Of a stretch of 41,403 nucleotides of DNA, positions 1 to 9,159 are shown piece by piece. The position numbers were made by a program, and so were the translations under genes. The notes under the pieces were generated by a model, which was not told the DNA's origin, searched no databases, and worked only from the letters and a program-made list of their open reading frames with translations. Location: assembly GCA_037441385.1 (NCBI GenBank), contig JBBISH010000049.1, positions 1 to 41,403 of the forward strand, read 5' to 3'. How positions within the stretch are numbered: the first letter of the stretch is position 1; the number at the start of each line of letters is the position of its first letter. This stretch comes from Myxococcales bacterium. Lineage in GTDB: Bacteria > Myxococcota_A > UBA9042.

Positions 1-835
1 CAGTGGCTTTGTCGCAGCTGTCGGTAGTGCACGGCTTACCATCGTCGCAAGTTCCGTTGAGTCCAGCGCATTTTCCGTCCTTGCACACATCGCCGGTCGT
101 GCACGGGTTGCCGTCGTCGCAGGTCGTGCCGGCCGGGGTGTGGACGCAGCCCGACTTGCTGTCGCACGAGTCGGCCGTGCACGGGTTCTTGTCGTCGCAA
201 TCCGGCTTGCCGGCGCCGCCCACGCACTTGAGGCCCTGGCACGCGTCGCCCTGGGTGCACGCGTTGCCGTCGTCGCAGAGCAGGCCCGCCTGGGTTGACC
301 AACTGCACTGACCGGCGCTGCAACTGTCCACGGTGCAAGGGTTGCCGTCATCGCACGAGACGCCACCGCAGATCACACCCACGTCGGGAGTCGTCGCGTC
401 GGCTGTGGTGGTGTCGGGGGCCACGGTGTCGGGCGCAGCGGTGTCGGGAGGGGTGGCATCGGGAGCGGCGGTGTCGGGCATGGCCGTGTCTGGCGCCGTG
501 TCGGCGGGCGCGGTGTCGGGCGTCGCCAACGTGTCCTCGGTGAGCGTATCTTCGCCGCCGCCGACGTCAGTGGCGCCATTGCTGTCGTTGCCTGCGCCGG
601 TGTCCGTACCCTGCGCCGTGTCGTCCGTGCGCGGCTGGGCGTCCGCGTTGCCGGTCGCGTCGTCGGTGCCGCTGGCATCCTCGCCCGTGCTCAGGTCTTG
701 GCCAAGCCCGGTGTCGCTGCCGCCAGCGTTGAAAATGCCGGACCCGGTCGTGTTGCTGGGGTCGTTGCCGCAAGCAGCCAGCGCCAACGCGGCCCAGACA
801 GCGCCAGCCAAAGTCCAATTGAATTGCCCTTTCAT
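1..835 (-). CDS. Cys-rich repeat (CDDGNPCT, Dicty_CTDC-like) lipoprotein; 5' part only, runs off the window
   Basis: Not in the ORF track because it has no stop in the window. ATG at 835 gives MKGQFNWTLAGAVWAALALAAC (lipobox LAAC), then an Asp/Thr/Ala-rich linker and tandem CDDGNPCTxDxC repeats. SD-like AGGTGGGG upstream. Confidence 0.85.
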   Translation of the reverse strand, partial: MKGQFNWTLAGAVWAALALAACGNDPSNTTGSGIFNAGGSDTGLGQDLSTGEDASGTDDATGNADAQPRTDDTAQGTDTGAGNDSNGATDVGGGEDTLTEDTLATPDTAPADTAPDTAMPDTAAPDATPPDTAAPDTVAPDTTTADATTPDVGVICGGVSCDDGNPCTVDSCSAGQCSWSTQAGLLCDDGNACTQGDACQGLKCVGGAGKPDCDDKNPCTADSCDSKSGCVHTPAGTTCDDGNPCTTGDVCKDGKCAGLNGTCDDGKPCTTDSCDKAT

Positions 836-960
836 ACGCACCCCACCTGATTCACGCCTATACGCTTCTTCTGACCCGTTGGGCAACTGGCGAGAATCAG
901 GCGGGGACCCCGGTTCGGGCCGTGAGAATTGCCCGAGTTTTCGATCCGATTCGGACGGAA
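834..960. repeat. 127-bp structured intergenic repeat, copy 1
   Basis: Ungapped alignment to 17202-17328 (14 mismatches by hand count) and to the reverse complement of 26563-26689 (28 mismatches). Internal inverted repeats CTGATTC/GAATCAG, TCGGG/CCCGA, TCCG/CGGA. Confidence 0.95.
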
Positions 961-1050
961 CTGATATCATTTGCGCTCCCGCGCCACGCTGTCCGCGCAC
1001 GCCGATTTCACACCTTATCCAGCCCGCCCAAGTGGCGCAAGCCGAAGTCC

Positions 1051-2094
1051 CTAGCGACATGCGGAGATGGCCTGATCCATGTCCGCGCGCTGCCGCCCGA
1101 TTTGCCGCGCCAGCTGCCATTGATTGCGTGCGCGCACCAAGTTGTGCTCGCCGCGACTGGCAAAACGGCTGGCGTCCCAGCCAAAGTAGCTTTCATTCAG
1201 CGCATCGCAGGCAAAGCGCGCGGCGAGCTCCAGCGCAATGCGCTGCACCGCCGGGACCAAGGCGGCCGTTTCGGCTGGCTGCAGCCACGACGCCACCGCG
1301 GGCAAGTAGCCCTGCATCGCCGACGCAAACAGCCCCTCGTCGAATTGCGGGTTGGGGTCGTCTTCGCGGCCAGGGTTGCACCACGAGCGCATCGCGTCGC
1401 CCAACTCGATGTCCAGACTGGCCCAGCCCATGGTGTCCAGATCGATGACGCCGCACACCGTGTCGCCGGAAAAGAGCAAGTTCGAGACCTTGAGGTCGCC
1501 GTGAATCAGCCGGCGTGGCAACTGCGGCGGGCGGCCCCACGCCTGCCACATCGGCTGTAGATCACGGGCAATCTCAGACACTTCACGGTAGTAGCGGTGA
1601 TCCGCGTGCCGGTCCAGCGCCGCCGCGAGTTTCGCCAAGTGGGCGTCGGTGTCGTGCGCCCCGGGGCGACTGAAGGCAAATTGGTGGCGGCTGTCGCGAA
1701 CGGCGCTGTGGAAGCGGCCAATCATTGCGCCGGCGTGGCGGGCCTGCTCGGCATTCTCTAGGCGGTGGAGCGTCTTGCCGGGCAGCCGCGTCATCACCCG
1801 CCACGCCTCGCCGTCGACCACCAGGCCAGGCTCGCCGGTGTGGGTGGCCACCAACTGGGGCACAGGCACGCCACCTGCGCGCAATTCGGGCAAAAGCGCC
1901 GCGATGTCGGCGTTGACGGCGGGGGCAAAGATAGGATGCAGACGCTGCAGGATGAAGCGGCGTCCCAGGGCATAGGTGGCATTGATGAGTCCACCGGCCA
2001 GGGGCTCCACACGGAGAGTTGTCGCAGGCGCGTGCCCGTCGCCGTCGTCAAGTGGATCGTAGCCGCCCAGAATCTTCAGAAAATCGGTGGACAT
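1051..2094 (-). CDS. Aminoglycoside phosphotransferase (APH) superfamily kinase, N-acetylhexosamine kinase-like
   Basis: GGLINATY N-lobe motif, Brenner motif HGDLKVSN, VIDLDT metal-binding motif; ATG at 2094. Confidence 0.8.
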   Translation of the reverse strand: MSTDFLKILGGYDPLDDGDGHAPATTLRVEPLAGGLINATYALGRRFILQRLHPIFAPAVNADIAALLPELRAGGVPVPQLVATHTGEPGLVVDGEAWRVMTRLPGKTLHRLENAEQARHAGAMIGRFHSAVRDSRHQFAFSRPGAHDTDAHLAKLAAALDRHADHRYYREVSEIARDLQPMWQAWGRPPQLPRRLIHGDLKVSNLLFSGDTVCGVIDLDTMGWASLDIELGDAMRSWCNPGREDDPNPQFDEGLFASAMQGYLPAVASWLQPAETAALVPAVQRIALELAARFACDALNESYFGWDASRFASRGEHNLVRARNQWQLARQIGRQRADMDQAISACR

Positions 2095-2207
2095 GCCGCG
2101 ATCGTACACCGGCCAAGGCCGCGACGGCAATTCGTCCGCGCGGTCGGCGGCTGGATTTTGCAGCCACGTCCTCTACGATCCGGGGCCACTTGGGGGCGAG
2201 GTAGCGC

Positions 2208-2522
2208 ATGCTGTCGGTGATTTTGAGTAGTTGTCCGCCGGACGTGGCCGCCACGCTGGCGCGTGCGCTGATCGAGCGGCGGGTGGCGGCGTGCGTGTCG
2301 GTGCTGGCGGGCGCGCAGTCAACCTACCGATGGCAAGGCGAGGTCCATTGCGACCCCGAGGCGTTGCTCCTGGTCAAAACGCCCAGCGAGCACGTAGAGG
2401 CTTGCATGGCCGCGCTGCGCGACCTGCACCCGTACAGCGTCCCCGAATTGGTCGAGATTCCGGCCGGACGCGTGGGGGCCGACTATTTGGCCTGGGCGCT
2501 CGCCACGACACGCTCAGCGTAG
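2208..2522 (+). CDS. cutA: Divalent-cation tolerance protein CutA
   Basis: LIERRVAACV, STYRWQG, LLLVKT and HPYSVPE motifs; 104 aa; GAGG SD. Confidence 0.93.
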   Translation: MLSVILSSCPPDVAATLARALIERRVAACVSVLAGAQSTYRWQGEVHCDPEALLLVKTPSEHVEACMAALRDLHPYSVPELVEIPAGRVGADYLAWALATTRSA

Positions 2523-2544
2523 GGGCCGGCGCGGGTCGCCGCAG

Positions 2545-4200
2545 CTACGACGCGGGACGCTGCAACACGGTGTCGTGTAGGCAGGTTTCGTCGTCGGTTT
2601 CGGGATAATCCGTTGAGTAGTGCAACCCGCGGCTCTCGCGCCGGGCCAGCGCCGACTCGACGATCAGCAACGCCACCGCCGTAATATTGCGCAGTTCGAT
2701 GAGGTCGGGCGTCAGCAAGAAACGCCAATAGTCTTCGCGCACTTCTTGCTCGATGAGCTGCAGACGCCGCTGGGCGCGCAGCAGGCGCCGATTGCTGCGG
2801 ACGATGCCGACGTAGTTCCACATCAGCCGGCGGATCTCGTCCCAACTCTGTGTAATCACCACCTGTTCGTCGGGATCGCCAGCGGCGCCCGTGTCCCACT
2901 CGGGCACGCGGAGCACGTCGGGGCTGCCCCCCGCGTCGCCCATGCGCTGTTTGGACACGCCGATCGCGGCCGCGGCGGCGCGCTTGCCGAACACCACCGC
3001 TTCCAGCAGCGAGTTCGACGCCAGACGATTGGCGCCGTGCAGGCCCGTGCAACTGACCTCGCCCACGGCAAAAAGCCCGGCAAGGCTGGTCTGGCCCTCG
3101 TGATTGACCAGCACGCCGCCGCACTGGTAGTGGGCCGCAGGTACCACCGGGATCGGCTGCATGCGCATGTCGATGCCCAGCTCCAGGCAGCGGGCGTGGA
3201 TGGTGGGGAAGTGGGCTTCCAGGAACGGCGCCGGCAAGTGCGTCATGTCCAAGAACACGCAGTCGTCGCCTGAGCTTTTGAGCTCGGAGTCGATGGCGCG
3301 GGCCACGACATCGCGCGGCGCCAGCTCTTTGCGCGGGTCGTAGCGGACCATGAAGGCTTCGCCACGGCGGTTGCGCAAGATCCCGCCCTCGCCGCGAAGC
3401 GCCTCAGAGATCAAGAAGTTGCGCTCTGTCGGATGATAGAGACAGGTGGGGTGAAATTGGAAGAACTCCATGTTGGCGATGCGGGCGCCGGCTCGCCACG
3501 CCATCGCCAACCCGTCGCCCGTCGCCACATCGGGGTTGGTCGTGTACAGGTAGGTCTTGCCGGCGCCACCCGTCGCCAGGACCACGGCGTTGGCGGCCAC
3601 GGCCAGAACGCGATTATTCACAATATCCAGAGCATACACGCCCAACACGCGGTCGTTGCGCCCGCCCGGGGTGCCGCGCCCGGTGCCGCGCGCCAACCGG
3701 GCCCGCGTGATGAGGTCGATCGCCTGGCAGTGCTCCAGGACGCGGATGTTGGGATGCGCGCGCACCCGCGCCGCCACGGCTTGCTCGATCGAGGCGCCGG
3801 TGGCGTCGGCGTGGTGGGCGACCCGCCGCGTGGAATGGCCGCCTTCACGCGTCAAGTGCAGCAGCCCGTGGCCATCGCGATCAAAGTGCACGCCCTGAGC
3901 CACCAACCAGTCGATCGCCGCGGGGCCTTCGCGCACCACCAGCTCTACGGTATCGCGACGGCACAGGCCACCGCCAGCGACCAGCGTGTCGCCCAAGTGC
4001 TGATCGAAGGTGTCGTGGCGCGGATCCAGCACCGCCGCGATGCCGCCCTGGGCCCACACGGTGTTGCTCTCGGTCAGGCCGCGCTTGGTCAGCAGCGTCA
4101 CAGAGGCGTGCTCTGCCGCCTCCAGGGCCACGCACAGGCCGCCAATGCCGCTGCCCAGCACGACAATTTCGCTGGTCAGCTGGTTCGACTCGCTCATCAT
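2545..4200 (-). CDS. nadB: L-aspartate oxidase
   Basis: GSGIGG FAD loop, AQGGIAAV, REGGHS, QFHPT, LISEALRGEG, PAAHYQCGG, GLHGANRLASNSLLE, RRESRGLHY; ATG at 4200. Confidence 0.95.
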   Translation of the reverse strand: MMSESNQLTSEIVVLGSGIGGLCVALEAAEHASVTLLTKRGLTESNTVWAQGGIAAVLDPRHDTFDQHLGDTLVAGGGLCRRDTVELVVREGPAAIDWLVAQGVHFDRDGHGLLHLTREGGHSTRRVAHHADATGASIEQAVAARVRAHPNIRVLEHCQAIDLITRARLARGTGRGTPGGRNDRVLGVYALDIVNNRVLAVAANAVVLATGGAGKTYLYTTNPDVATGDGLAMAWRAGARIANMEFFQFHPTCLYHPTERNFLISEALRGEGGILRNRRGEAFMVRYDPRKELAPRDVVARAIDSELKSSGDDCVFLDMTHLPAPFLEAHFPTIHARCLELGIDMRMQPIPVVPAAHYQCGGVLVNHEGQTSLAGLFAVGEVSCTGLHGANRLASNSLLEAVVFGKRAAAAAIGVSKQRMGDAGGSPDVLRVPEWDTGAAGDPDEQVVITQSWDEIRRLMWNYVGIVRSNRRLLRAQRRLQLIEQEVREDYWRFLLTPDLIELRNITAVALLIVESALARRESRGLHYSTDYPETDDETCLHDTVLQRPAS

Positions 4201-4225
4201 GGGGTAACTCTCTGGCTGCCGGCAG

Positions 4226-5047
4226 TCAATTGAGCTGGATCTCGACGCGGAACAGCATGGAACCGCACAGGATCTCGTCGCCTTGCTGTAGCCGGTGCGG
4301 CAGGCGATGCACGCGCACAAAGGTGCCGTTCAAGCTGCCGCTGTCGATCACCTGCAGCAGGCCGCCGTGGCCGATCTCGATGCGCGCGTGGCGCCCACTC
4401 ATGAAACGGTCTTGCGGGAAGCTGAGATCGGCGCCCTCGCGACCGATGGTGATAACGTCGCGGTCCGTGGTGAACACCCTGCCAGGCAGCCCGCCCGCGA
4501 GCAGTTGCGTCACTTGCAGGCGCGGCGGCGGCAACGGAGTGCCAAACGTTTCGCTGGGCTGCTCGCCGGGCGGCCACGGCTCCGAGGCGATGTCCTCGGC
4601 CAGACGGGCCAGGAGGTACTGCTCGCCAGCGAACACGACTTCGCCCGAACGGATCAGGGTAGGCTCGCGCGAGCGGCGGAAGACACCGGTTTCGCCTGGA
4701 ATGTCGACAATGTCCAGCGTTTCCGGGCTGCGGTCGAAAATCACGTGGCGGGCCGCCAGCTGCGGATCCCCGGCAAAGCTCAGGTCGGCCTGGCGCCCCA
4801 AGGTCGAGGTGCCAAACGGCACTTCGCAGGTTGCGCCCTCGGCGCCCGGACCGCGCAACACAACTAGCCGAATTTTAGCCGGTTCTAGCGGGCCAAGCGG
4901 TGCGGGCCCACTGGGGGGCGGCGGGATCGACGGCAAGCCAAGCACCGCCGACGCGCTGGCCGAGCCAAGCACGCCGCCGCATTTGCCGCAAAACTGGAAG
5001 GCCTGTGGCCACGACGCGCCACAAGTGCCGCAGACGATGTTGCCCAT
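4226..5047 (-). CDS. Zinc-ribbon plus tandem FHA domain protein
   Basis: N-terminal CGTC...CGKC. The C-terminal FHA has GR, SGRH and SLNGTF; the first FHA is degenerate (GR...AARH). ATG at 5047. Confidence 0.85.
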   Translation of the reverse strand: MGNIVCGTCGASWPQAFQFCGKCGGVLGSASASAVLGLPSIPPPPSGPAPLGPLEPAKIRLVVLRGPGAEGATCEVPFGTSTLGRQADLSFAGDPQLAARHVIFDRSPETLDIVDIPGETGVFRRSREPTLIRSGEVVFAGEQYLLARLAEDIASEPWPPGEQPSETFGTPLPPPRLQVTQLLAGGLPGRVFTTDRDVITIGREGADLSFPQDRFMSGRHARIEIGHGGLLQVIDSGSLNGTFVRVHRLPHRLQQGDEILCGSMLFRVEIQLN

Positions 5048-5186
5048 CTTGGCCTCGCGCGGGCAGGCGGCCCGCGGCGTGCCGATGGTTCCACAGCCGG
5101 CGAGCCGGTGCAACGCTTTGCCGCGGCCCACCGGCCAAGGTGCAGGGAAATCGTGTTTGGCCCAAGTTGCGGTACACTGCCCGCCC

Positions 5187-7613
5187 ATGGGTGCCGACGG
5201 AGCCAAATCCCCAAGCAAATCCGAGCAGCGAGCGGCGGCCGCCAAGGTGGCGCAGAACGTCCGCAACCCCAGTCGCGGCGCCGAGCCCAAGCGCGGCTGC
5301 CTGAAGCGGCTGCTCGTGTTGATGCTGGGCCTGGCCCTGGGCGGCGCCGGGATCGCCACGGCGGGCTGGCTATGGGTCGACGCGACCTTGCCCGACGTGT
5401 TCTCGCTAGAGGCCTACCGCGGCCTGGCCAAAGAAAGCACGCGCGTCTATGCCGCCGGGGGCGAAGTCGTCGCGCGTTTTGGCGACGAAATTCGCACCGT
5501 AATCGGGCCCGAGCGCATTCCACCCACCGTGCGCTACGCCATGGTCTGCGCCGAGGACTCGGCCTTCTACTCGCACCCAGGCCTGGACGTAGCGGGCATT
5601 GCCCGGGCGCTGTGGGTCGATCTCACGCAAGGCCGCTACGCGCAAGGCGCTTCTACCTTGACGCAGCAGTTCGCCAAGACGCGCTTCCTGGGCCGCGAAA
5701 AGACGTTTACGCGCAAGCTGAAGGAACTGGTGCTGGCCCGCAAGCTGGAAACCCATCTGACCAAAGACGAAATCCTGACGCTCTACCTGAACGAGGTCTA
5801 TTTTGGCCACGGCCGCTACGGCATCGAAGAGGCCGCGCGCTTCTTCTTCGGCCGCTCGGCCAGCGAGCTGGATCTGGCCCAAGCCGCCCTGCTGACTGGA
5901 CTGGTGAACAGCCCATCGCGATTGTCGCCGCTGCAGCACCCCGATCGCGCCAAAGCCCGCCGGACCTACGTGCTGCGGCAAATGCTGGGCCACGGCTACA
6001 TCGCCCAGGCCGACTTTGACCGCGCCGACGCCGCGCCGCTGCCCAGCGTGCCCGCCGAGTCGCTGGGCGTGGGCGGCGACTGGTACCTGGAAGCAGTGCG
6101 CCGGCAGGCCCTGGAGAAGATCGACAAGGCCCAGCTCTACGGCGGCGGCCTGCGCATCGAGATCGCCATGGACGTGGGCCTACAGCAAGCCGCCGAGCAG
6201 GCGGTGCGGCGCGGGCTGCAGAGTATCGACGCGCGCTACAAGGTCGCAACGCCGCTCAAGCACTACGATGATCCGGCCTCGCTGCAGGCGGGTCTGGCCA
6301 AGCTGACGGCGCAACAGGGCGACCACCCCGCGGCTGGGCGCGTGCTGCTGGGGGTCGTGCAAGAATTCGACGCCACCGCCAAGGCGTACGACATCAATTT
6401 GGGCAGTCTTACCGGCACGTTGGCGGCGTCCGATCTCGAGCGGTACCGCGCGGTGGCCGATGCCGCCAAGGGCGAGTCGCAGGGGGCGGCGGTGAGCCTG
6501 AAGGCGGGCGACCTGATCCGCGTGTCGTTGCGCGAGAACACCCCCAAAGGTTGGACGCTGTCGCCGGAATTTGGCCCGCAGGCGGCCCTGGTGGCGATCG
6601 ATCCCAAGACGCGGCTGGTGCGAGCGCTGGTGGGCGGCGACGACTTTGATCTGCACCCCTACGATCGCACGCGAGCGCTGAGGCAGCCGGGATCGACCTT
6701 CAAGACCTTTACCTATGGCGCCGCCATCGAAGCGGGCCTGGTCACGCCCGATACCGAGCGCGTCGACGCCGCGGTCGCCTATCCCGTGGGCAGCAAGAGC
6801 TGGACACCTCGCAACTTTTCCGGTTCGTACGACGGCAAGTCCCACACCCTGCGCGATGCCCTGGCCCAGTCGATCAACTCGATCGCCGTAGCGGTGGCCC
6901 AGCAGGTTGGCCCCGAGCAGGTGGCCAAGTTCGCGGAGCGCATGGGAATTCACAGCCCGCTCACCCCGGGGCTGCCGCTGGCGCTGGGCGCAAGCTCGGT
7001 GACGCTGCTCGAGCTGACCAACGCCTATGCCACCATCGCCGCCGACGGCCGCCTCGCCGAGCCGATCCTGATCACCCGCATCGTCGACCGAACTGGCAAA
7101 GATCTGGTCCTGGCGCCGCGCGAGCCCGGCCAGATCGTTGCCGGCGAAAACGTGATGCGGCAACTGACCGACATGCTGGGCGAAGTGGTGCGGCGCGGTT
7201 CGGGCAAAGAGGCGCAGAACGCGGGCCGACCGGTGGTGGGCAAGACTGGCACCAGCAACGCCAGCCGCGATACCTGGTTTGTGGGATTTTCTGCGGACTT
7301 GTGCGCCGGCGTGTGGGTCGGCTACGACGATCGCAAAGAGATGCCCAAAGCCACGGGCGGCATGCTGGCCGTGCCCATCTGGACGCAATTCTTCAAGCAG
7401 GGGCTGGCGGCTGTGCCGGTGCACCCGCTGCCGCGCTTGCCGCACATCATGGCGGGCGCGGTGGCCAACTTGCCTGGCCCGGCGGTGGATGCAGAGGCGG
7501 GGGCCGCGGACTTGGACGACGCGGAACTAGCGCCCGATCAGCCGCTGGCGGCGCCCGCCGATTTGCCCAAGCGTCGCGGTGAAGTGCCCGTCGACGACGA
7601 GGCCATCCAGTAG
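5187..7613 (+). CDS. mrcA: Penicillin-binding protein 1A (transglycosylase/transpeptidase)
   Basis: TM anchor; GT motifs EDSAFYSHPG, GASTLTQQ, RKLKE; TP motifs STFK, SIN, KTG. Start placed at ATG 5187 because the upstream extension overlaps the FHA gene. Confidence 0.92.
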   Translation: MGADGAKSPSKSEQRAAAAKVAQNVRNPSRGAEPKRGCLKRLLVLMLGLALGGAGIATAGWLWVDATLPDVFSLEAYRGLAKESTRVYAAGGEVVARFGDEIRTVIGPERIPPTVRYAMVCAEDSAFYSHPGLDVAGIARALWVDLTQGRYAQGASTLTQQFAKTRFLGREKTFTRKLKELVLARKLETHLTKDEILTLYLNEVYFGHGRYGIEEAARFFFGRSASELDLAQAALLTGLVNSPSRLSPLQHPDRAKARRTYVLRQMLGHGYIAQADFDRADAAPLPSVPAESLGVGGDWYLEAVRRQALEKIDKAQLYGGGLRIEIAMDVGLQQAAEQAVRRGLQSIDARYKVATPLKHYDDPASLQAGLAKLTAQQGDHPAAGRVLLGVVQEFDATAKAYDINLGSLTGTLAASDLERYRAVADAAKGESQGAAVSLKAGDLIRVSLRENTPKGWTLSPEFGPQAALVAIDPKTRLVRALVGGDDFDLHPYDRTRALRQPGSTFKTFTYGAAIEAGLVTPDTERVDAAVAYPVGSKSWTPRNFSGSYDGKSHTLRDALAQSINSIAVAVAQQVGPEQVAKFAERMGIHSPLTPGLPLALGASSVTLLELTNAYATIAADGRLAEPILITRIVDRTGKDLVLAPREPGQIVAGENVMRQLTDMLGEVVRRGSGKEAQNAGRPVVGKTGTSNASRDTWFVGFSADLCAGVWVGYDDRKEMPKATGGMLAVPIWTQFFKQGLAAVPVHPLPRLPHIMAGAVANLPGPAVDAEAGAADLDDAELAPDQPLAAPADLPKRRGEVPVDDEAIQ

Positions 7614-7665
7614 GCGAGCGCCGTGGGCTTCAGGTGATCAGCACAAATAGGCCTTCGTGCTTACC

Positions 7666-7704
7666 GCCGCGATTCGTCCGCCCCAAAGGCGGCGAATTTG
7701 CGGC
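7666..7704. terminator. GC-rich hairpin between convergent mrcA and mrp; possible bidirectional terminator
   Basis: GCCGC-GATTCG-T-CCGCC [CCAAA] GGCGG-CGAATT-T-GCGGC; no clear U-tract. Confidence 0.4.
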
Positions 7705-7751
7705 CCACCCAGCAGGAGAGGCGAGGCGGAAACACATTTCCGCTGATCGCC

Positions 7752-8648
7752 TCAACCCTTGGGCGGCTCGTACTCGGTCACGGCGTCGCTGAAGAAATCC
7801 TTGCCGAACTCGGGCATGGCGTCCGCGGCGGCGCGCTTGGCCTCTAGCTTGGCGGCAACGGCTGCGGCGAGCTGGATGTACAGCCCAGTGAGTTGCGAGT
7901 CCGGCTCGGCGATGACGATGGGCCGGCCCTTGTCGGCGTTGGGCGAGACGCCCAACTCGATCGGCAGCGCAGCCAAGAACGGCAGACCGTGCTCGGCGCA
8001 GTGACGATCGCTGTTGGAAGGACCAAAGATCGCGTAATCTTTGCCGTTATCCGGGCAGTGAAAGTAACTCATGTTCTCGATCAAGCCCAGCACTTCCACC
8101 TGCAACATGCCGAACATCTTGACCGCCCGGAGCACGTCGGCAAACGCCACGTCTTGCGGCGTCGACACGACCAACGCCCCGTCGAGCGGCACCGTCTGGC
8201 CCAGGCTCAGGATGATGTCGCCGGTGCCGGGCGGCAGGTCAACGAGCAGGTAGTCCAGCTCGCCCCATTCGACATCGCGAATGAACTGCGTCACGGCCTG
8301 CCCAACCATCGGCCCGCGCCACGCCACGGCCATGTCGTCCTGGATCATGAAGCCGATCGAGATCGCTTTGATCCCATACGCTTCTGCGGGCACGATTCGG
8401 CTGTTGGCGTTCACGGTCGGCTTGGCGCCTTTGAGGCCCAGCATGATTGGCACGCTGGGGCCGTACAAGTCCGCATCCAACAGGCCAACGCGCGCACCGG
8501 TCTTGGCCAGCGCGATCGCCAGGTTGGCGGCCACGGTCGACTTGCCAACACCGCCCTTGCCGGCGCCTACGCCAAGGATGTTGCGGATATGCGGCAGACG
8601 GGCCGGCGAGGGTCGCGGCGCGCCGCCGTGCGGGTGGGTGTGTGCCAT
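7752..8648 (-). CDS. mrp: Mrp/NBP35 family Fe-S cluster carrier ATPase (ApbC)
   Basis: GKGGVGKST deviant Walker A, DADLYGPS, WRGPM, DLPPGTGD, ENMS motifs. Confidence 0.93.
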   Translation of the reverse strand: MAHTHPHGGAPRPSPARLPHIRNILGVGAGKGGVGKSTVAANLAIALAKTGARVGLLDADLYGPSVPIMLGLKGAKPTVNANSRIVPAEAYGIKAISIGFMIQDDMAVAWRGPMVGQAVTQFIRDVEWGELDYLLVDLPPGTGDIILSLGQTVPLDGALVVSTPQDVAFADVLRAVKMFGMLQVEVLGLIENMSYFHCPDNGKDYAIFGPSNSDRHCAEHGLPFLAALPIELGVSPNADKGRPIVIAEPDSQLTGLYIQLAAAVAAKLEAKRAAADAMPEFGKDFFSDAVTEYEPPKG

Positions 8649-8711
8649 CGGGTCTCCAGGTCTGGCCGGTGGGCCAGCGGCGAGGCCTTGTAGGCAGCCT
8701 GCAAAGCGCTG

Positions 8712-8972
8712 TCAACGCGTCGGCGCCACGTGCGCAAAAGCATTGTCGGATTCTAGGGTAGCGGGGTCGAGTGGGACCACAGCGTCGGCCGCAACCTCGG
8801 CCTGGCCCAGGTGACCCAGCGCAAGTACCGACACTGCCAGCAGAACCAGCGCCGCCACCAGCGCCGCAAACACCCAAGGCGTCTGGGCTTGGCGCGCCAG
8901 TTGCATGTGGCAAATCCAATTCCTCTGGTCCTCTGGACTCAGGCCCAACGGCGGGGCGGGTGGCAGCGACAT
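8712..8972 (-). CDS. Small single-pass membrane protein, hypothetical
   Basis: Strong GGAGGAG SD before ATG 8972; one hydrophobic helix (WVFAALVAALVLLAVSVLAL). Confidence 0.6.
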   Translation of the reverse strand: MSLPPAPPLGLSPEDQRNWICHMQLARQAQTPWVFAALVAALVLLAVSVLALGHLGQAEVAADAVVPLDPATLESDNAFAHVAPTR

Positions 8973-9159
8973 CGACTCCTCCGCGGTGGGGATCGGCGGC
9001 ACGGTTCGCCCGGCCACAGGTGTGGACGCACAAGGAGGCGCCGCGATCTGTGTCGGTTTGTGGGTGGGCCCCCATCGACCGGCAGACGACCATTCTTGAA
9101 AGTCTTGGTCGGGCGTGACACTCTGATTCTGGGCGACAGGAGGAGGCGGGGCGACGGCA

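Noticed and set aside
845..925. tRNA-like look of the 127-bp element (ACCTGATT...AATCAGG...CCCGGTTCG)
   Set aside because: No D-arm, acceptor stem or TTCGA loop; the T-stem pairing is not kept across the three copies.
4230..5186. Upstream extension of the PBP1A ORF (1127 aa)
   Set aside because: Overlaps the FHA gene on the opposite strand; PBP1A features begin after ATG 5187.
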